Source: Gemmatimonadota bacterium (GTDB taxonomy: Bacteria; Gemmatimonadota; Gemmatimonadetes; Gemmatimonadales; Gemmatimonadaceae). From it: 64,000 nt of DNA. Location: NCBI GenBank assembly GCA_040388625.1, contig JAZKBK010000005.1, positions 159,478-223,477 on the forward strand, written 5' to 3'. A program made the position numbers and the translations under genes. Shown here in pieces: positions 60,360 to 64,000 of the stretch. Below the pieces are notes generated by a model. It ran no database searches and was not told the origin of the DNA. It saw only the letters and a list, made by a program, of their open reading frames with translations. Position 1 is the first letter of the stretch, and each line of letters begins with the position of its first letter.

Positions 60360-60896
60360 ATGATATCACAGCTCTCATATACTACTCCTGCACGCAGGAT
60401 ATCTCACCGCATCCTTCACGCCGCCCTGGCCGCGGCCTTGCTCGTCGGCGCCAGGCCCGTCGTGGCGCAGTCGGGTGAGGGAATCGCGATCGGGGCGATG
60501 GCGCCGGCAGTGACCGTCGCCGACGTGTCCGGCAAATCCGTTCGCGTGACGCCGACGATCGGACGCCCCATGCTGATCGAGTTCTGGGCGACGTGGTGTG
60601 AATTCTGCGAGCGTCTCGAGCCGACGATGAAGGCGACGTACAGCAAGTACGGCGACAAGGTTCAGTTTGCAGCGATCGCCGTGAACGTGAATCAGTCGCC
60701 CAGGCGCGTCGCGAAGCACGTGAAGGATCGGTCGCTCAAGTATCCCGTGTACTACGACGACAGTGGCAAGGCAACCGATGCATACGATGTCGCAGCCACT
60801 TCTTTCGTCGTGATCATCGACAAGAAGGGGAGGGTCGCGTACACGGGCGTTGGCGACAAGCAGGATCTGGACGCGGCCATTCGCGGCGTTCTGTAG
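60360..60896 (+). CDS. TlpA/ResA-like periplasmic thiol:disulfide oxidoreductase
   Basis: Signal/anchor, then LIEFWATWCEFCERLEP (CxxC redoxin motif). Confidence 0.85.
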   Translation: MISQLSYTTPARRISHRILHAALAAALLVGARPVVAQSGEGIAIGAMAPAVTVADVSGKSVRVTPTIGRPMLIEFWATWCEFCERLEPTMKATYSKYGDKVQFAAIAVNVNQSPRRVAKHVKDRSLKYPVYYDDSGKATDAYDVAATSFVVIIDKKGRVAYTGVGDKQDLDAAIRGVL

Positions 60897-60973
60897 TCAA
60901 TTCGGTTGTCAGCACGGTAATCAGTTCTTCAATCCATCCCGTAGTTCGTCCGTAACTCTCCAGCAGCGAGTCG

Positions 60974-61561
60974 ATGACAATGTTCAGGATCATGAAATTC
61001 CCGGCAATCGCGATGTTGATGGCAGCGCCATTCTGTTTGAAGGCCCAGGGATCGATGGGTGGAATGGCGATGCCTCCGGCGCAGGCTTCATCCGCACCCG
61101 AAGTGGGCACGATGGCGCCTGATTTCACGGCGCAGGGCGCGGACCAGTCCGGTACGCATGCTGTATCTCTCAGTTCCCTGCGCGGGCACGTTGTCGTGCT
61201 GGCGTTCTATCCGGCGGATCGGTCGAGCGGATGCACTCACGAGCTCAACAAGTTCCGCGATGAGTACTCCAAGATATTCGGATCCGATGTAACGGTGCTT
61301 CCCATCTCGCTCGACAGCCTCGAATCACACGTGAGCTGGGCACACGACTCGAAATTCCCATTCACGCTCGTCGCCGACAACGGCGGAAAGATCGCGAGCA
61401 CGTATGGCTCGTTGATGGCGGGGCGTCCGTACGCCAGCCGGACCGTGTTCGTGATCGGCAAGGATGGCAAGATCGTGAGCCGCAACATGAAGTTCGGTGC
61501 ACTGGATCAGCACGCCTACGACGATCTTACCGCGGCGATCGCGAAGGCGAAGACCGAGTAG
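60974..61561 (+). CDS. secreted Bcp/AhpC-TSA family peroxiredoxin
   Basis: Signal peptide (MKFPAIAMLMAAPFCLKAQG). APDFTAQG...VVLAFYPADRSSGCTHELNKF holds the peroxidatic Cys. Confidence 0.85.
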   Translation: MTMFRIMKFPAIAMLMAAPFCLKAQGSMGGMAMPPAQASSAPEVGTMAPDFTAQGADQSGTHAVSLSSLRGHVVVLAFYPADRSSGCTHELNKFRDEYSKIFGSDVTVLPISLDSLESHVSWAHDSKFPFTLVADNGGKIASTYGSLMAGRPYASRTVFVIGKDGKIVSRNMKFGALDQHAYDDLTAAIAKAKTE

Positions 61562-61592
61562 CACGACAGTCGGGAAACTGTAGCTCGGAAGC

Positions 61593-62294
61593 GTGGATCT
61601 CTCCCAGATCGGAATCCGGCTGTCGCAGAGTCCTGCGACAGCCATTCCGATCCTGTTCTTCACCGGCGTCCTCACCAGCCTGACGCCGTGCATCTATCCA
61701 ATGATTCCGATCACCGCGGCAATAGTCGGTGGTCAGTCGGTTGGCCGCAGCACTCGCCGCGGCGTCGCGTTGACCCTGATGTACGTCTTCGGGCTCTCGC
61801 TGGTTTACGCGCTGCTCGGGTTGCTCGCGGGGCTCACGCAAACGCTGTTCGGCACTGTGAGTGCGAGTCCGTGGGCAGCACTCGTCACCGGCAATCTGCT
61901 GCTTCTATTCGGTCTCTGGATGCTCGACGCGATTCCGATCCGAATCCCCTCCGCACTACTCGGCGGCGGACGCACCGAATCGGTCAGTTCGCTCGGCGGC
62001 GCATTCATAATGGGATGCGCATCGGGACTCGTCGCGGCACCGTGTTCCGCGCCAGTGCTCGCCGCGGTTCTCACATGGGTCGCGGTGACCAAGAGCGCGG
62101 TACTCGGCTTCATCTACCTGTTCGTCTTCTCCATCGGCATGTGCGCGTTGCTGGTGGTAGTCGGAATATTCGGCGCAACATTCGCGCGATTGCCGAAGTC
62201 AGGGATGTGGATGGTATGGGTCAAGCGCGCGCTCGCGCTCGTGATGCTCGGCGCTGCGGAGTACTACTTCGTCCACGCCGGCTTGACGATGTAG
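61593..62294 (+). CDS. ccdA: CcdA/DsbD-family transmembrane thiol-disulfide electron transporter
   Basis: FFTGVLTSLTPCIYPMIP and GLVAAPCSAPVLAAVL are the two conserved Cys helices. 6 TM helices. Confidence 0.88.
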   Translation: MDLSQIGIRLSQSPATAIPILFFTGVLTSLTPCIYPMIPITAAIVGGQSVGRSTRRGVALTLMYVFGLSLVYALLGLLAGLTQTLFGTVSASPWAALVTGNLLLLFGLWMLDAIPIRIPSALLGGGRTESVSSLGGAFIMGCASGLVAAPCSAPVLAAVLTWVAVTKSAVLGFIYLFVFSIGMCALLVVVGIFGATFARLPKSGMWMVWVKRALALVMLGAAEYYFVHAGLTM

Positions 62295-62389
62295 GCGTGT
62301 TCCACGCGCACTCTGGATCTCGCGTGTCGAGCGCCGCACGGGTGCGCTGCAGGACTCAACCGATTCCATCGGGCTGCAATACAACGCCG

Positions 62390-63289
62390 TTAGAACGCCG
62401 CAGGCAACAGGCGTCGCGGTGGATCGAACGCCTTGTGACCGCGCGTGTCGTACGGGACGTCCCGCGGCGCACCTCCATTCGGCCAGTCCAGCTCCTTCCC
62501 GTGTGAATCACGTCGCGGATGAGACACGACAAACGCCGCGACGTCGTATGCTTGCTGATCGCTCAATATGCCAGCCGAATCGAACGGCATGTTGTGTCTG
62601 ATGAACGACGCCGCGCGCTCCATACGCGCCAGCGACGCCCCTATCGAATAGGAGCGGGGCCCCCAGAGAGGGGTTGCAGGTGGTATCCCCTGTCCATCGG
62701 CGCCATGGCAACGCGCGCACCGCGCGGTAAATATCGATGCGCCACGTGACGTCTCGCCGCTCATATCAGGCATCTTCGGCAACCCTTCGCCGCTCACGTG
62801 ACTCCCCACCGCCACTCCGTGCGACACGAGCGCGAGATATGTAACTATGTCGTTCATCTCCCTGCTGTCTGACGGAATATTTCGCCCCGCCATGCTGCGC
62901 CGCATGCAGTTGTTGACACGATCCTGGATCGTGATCACGCGCCCGTCGCGCGTCGCATAGTTGGGATAGCGTGCGTACGCGCCCGTCAACGGAATCCCGT
63001 TTGGGCGTCGGCCGTTGTCGACGTGGCAACTGAAGCAGCGGAGTGAATTGCCGACGTAGCCGGGCAGGCTGTCGCGCGTTGCCGCAAGAATCGCGAAGCC
63101 GCGCCGCGCCGACGCCCCTTCCGGGCCGGATGGATATGTCGCGGAATCGTAAAGCGTCACAATCGTTCTGGACGCGATCGTAGTCGTACTGCTCGTGCGA
63201 AGACTGTCGCGCGCGTTTGCAGCATCATTCGCACGAGTGCCACACGCGAGCGACGCAAGCGCAACTACGCTGGCCGTAATGCGAAGCAT
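62390..63289 (-). CDS. dihaem c-type cytochrome (TsdA/SoxA-like family)
   Basis: Two CxxCH motifs (CFSCH, CARCH) and lipobox-like LASLACG. Directly downstream of the PQQ dehydrogenase. Start at ATG 63289. Confidence 0.8.
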   Translation of the reverse strand: MLRITASVVALASLACGTRANDAANARDSLRTSSTTTIASRTIVTLYDSATYPSGPEGASARRGFAILAATRDSLPGYVGNSLRCFSCHVDNGRRPNGIPLTGAYARYPNYATRDGRVITIQDRVNNCMRRSMAGRNIPSDSREMNDIVTYLALVSHGVAVGSHVSGEGLPKMPDMSGETSRGASIFTARCARCHGADGQGIPPATPLWGPRSYSIGASLARMERAASFIRHNMPFDSAGILSDQQAYDVAAFVVSHPRRDSHGKELDWPNGGAPRDVPYDTRGHKAFDPPRRLLPAAF

Positions 63290-63439
63290 GAATTCCCGTC
63301 CAACTCCTGACATCGGTCCTCCGTGGAGCGCTGCAACGTCCCAGGCAATGGGAAGGTAACGCTCCACGGAGGACCTGCGCGACCGCTGGTCGAGCCCGCC
63401 AGCCGCGATCGCCAGCCGCGGCCGCCAGCTACGCGGGCA

Positions 63440-64000
63440 TCACTGTTGCGCCGGCAGCGCGAACGCCATCACGTAGTCGCCAACGCCGAATTCCTTGCCT
63501 CCGCCGGCCGTGATCACCATGTACTGCCTGCCATCCCGTCCGCTCACGTAGGTCATGGGCGTCATGCGAGCGCCTGCCGGAAGTCGAGCGCTCCAGAGTT
63601 CGTTTCCGTTCGCCGCATCGTAAGCGCGCACCATGCGGTCCAGTGTGCCGGCCTGGAATATGACTCCGCCCGCGGTCACGATGGGGCCGCCCAGCGCCAG
63701 ACCACCCCATTTCTCGCGGCCCGGCCCGCCCGTTGGCCAGCCGCCGAGCGGCACTTCCCAGCGCCGCGCGCCGGTCGACATGTCGATTGCAATCAGCGTT
63801 CCGAATGGCGGCTTGACGCACGGTACGGAATCCGGACCGACCAGCAGGGAACGGCGTCGCATCACATACGGAGTTCCGTGCATGTGTGTGTATTCGTATC
63901 CCAACCGCGAATCGGAGCTGCTGATGCCGTCGCGCTTGTATTCAACCGAGTCGATGAGCTGCACCATCGCCGGAATGCGATTCGCCGGCACGATGATCGT
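63440..64000 (-). CDS. PQQ-dependent (quinoprotein) dehydrogenase, C-terminal ~186 codons; 5' part lies beyond the window end
   Basis: GTLIAIDMSTGARRWEVPLG...GGPIVTAGGVIFQAGTLDRMVRAYDAANGNELW...TPMTY...RQYMVITAGG are PQQ beta-propeller W-motifs. The frame stays open to position 64000. Confidence 0.8.
   Translation of the reverse strand, partial: TIIVPANRIPAMVQLIDSVEYKRDGISSSDSRLGYEYTHMHGTPYVMRRRSLLVGPDSVPCVKPPFGTLIAIDMSTGARRWEVPLGGWPTGGPGREKWGGLALGGPIVTAGGVIFQAGTLDRMVRAYDAANGNELWSARLPAGARMTPMTYVSGRDGRQYMVITAGGGKEFGVGDYVMAFALPAQQ

Overview
High-GC (roughly 64%) bacterial chromosomal window, densely coding (about 60 genes) and dominated by denitrification, copper and redox-stress functions. 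No rRNA, tRNA, CRISPR array or intact mobile element was seen. Gene content resembles soil Gemmatimonadota/Acidobacteriota-type genomes, but that cannot be shown from this window.

Layout:
- Left edge: 5' part of a phosphoketolase gene, running off the window.
- 1.7-10.9 kb: a Sec-type (clade II-like) nitrous-oxide reductase cluster nosZ-nosB-nosD-nosF-nosY, followed by a plastocyanin-like cupredoxin lipoprotein and a TPCP-motif P1B ATPase. It lies divergent from a small operon (ScdA_N-only protein, cupin, 4-TM His-motif protein).
- 10.8-18.8 kb (minus strand): a nitronate-monooxygenase-family gene, a cytochrome c-FTR1 fusion, and a translationally coupled operon of Mrp/ApbC, a 12-TM His-motif protein, a DUF1858-like/2xDUF2249 protein, a DUF2249 protein and a second 4-TM protein.
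- 18.8-23.5 kb: NAD-salvage-like genes (PRTase, PnuC, NadR-type kinase) convergent with a TonB-dependent receptor behind a clear TPP riboswitch.
- 23.5-31 kb: a dsbA-like/crp/orphan ctaD operon, a DUF59 protein, nirK-DUF3565, and a NarL-type two-component pair.
- Remainder: tricorn-like protease, CopD, MFS, HxlR/YceI, IPT/TIG protein, PD40-GGT fusion, RidA, multicopper oxidase plus cytochrome c, two LytS/LytTR systems plus a pseudo-receiver OmpR regulator, TlpA/secreted peroxiredoxin/CcdA, a dihaem cytochrome c and a partial PQQ dehydrogenase.

Most interesting observations:
1. The 12-TM protein is an internal triplication of a 4-TM His-motif module that also occurs as two stand-alone genes. 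All three copies sit in operons with ScdA_N, cupin, DUF2249 and Mrp genes. This is a candidate uncharacterised metal-centre or NO-stress system.
2. The nos cluster lacks nosL and every known electron-input gene.
3. An 18-nt motif is shared by the upstream regions of nirK and the nitronate-monooxygenase gene.
4. Tandem 14-nt palindromic repeats lie inside the ScdA_N-cupin-4TM operon.

Family names come from motif recognition by eye and need HMM confirmation.
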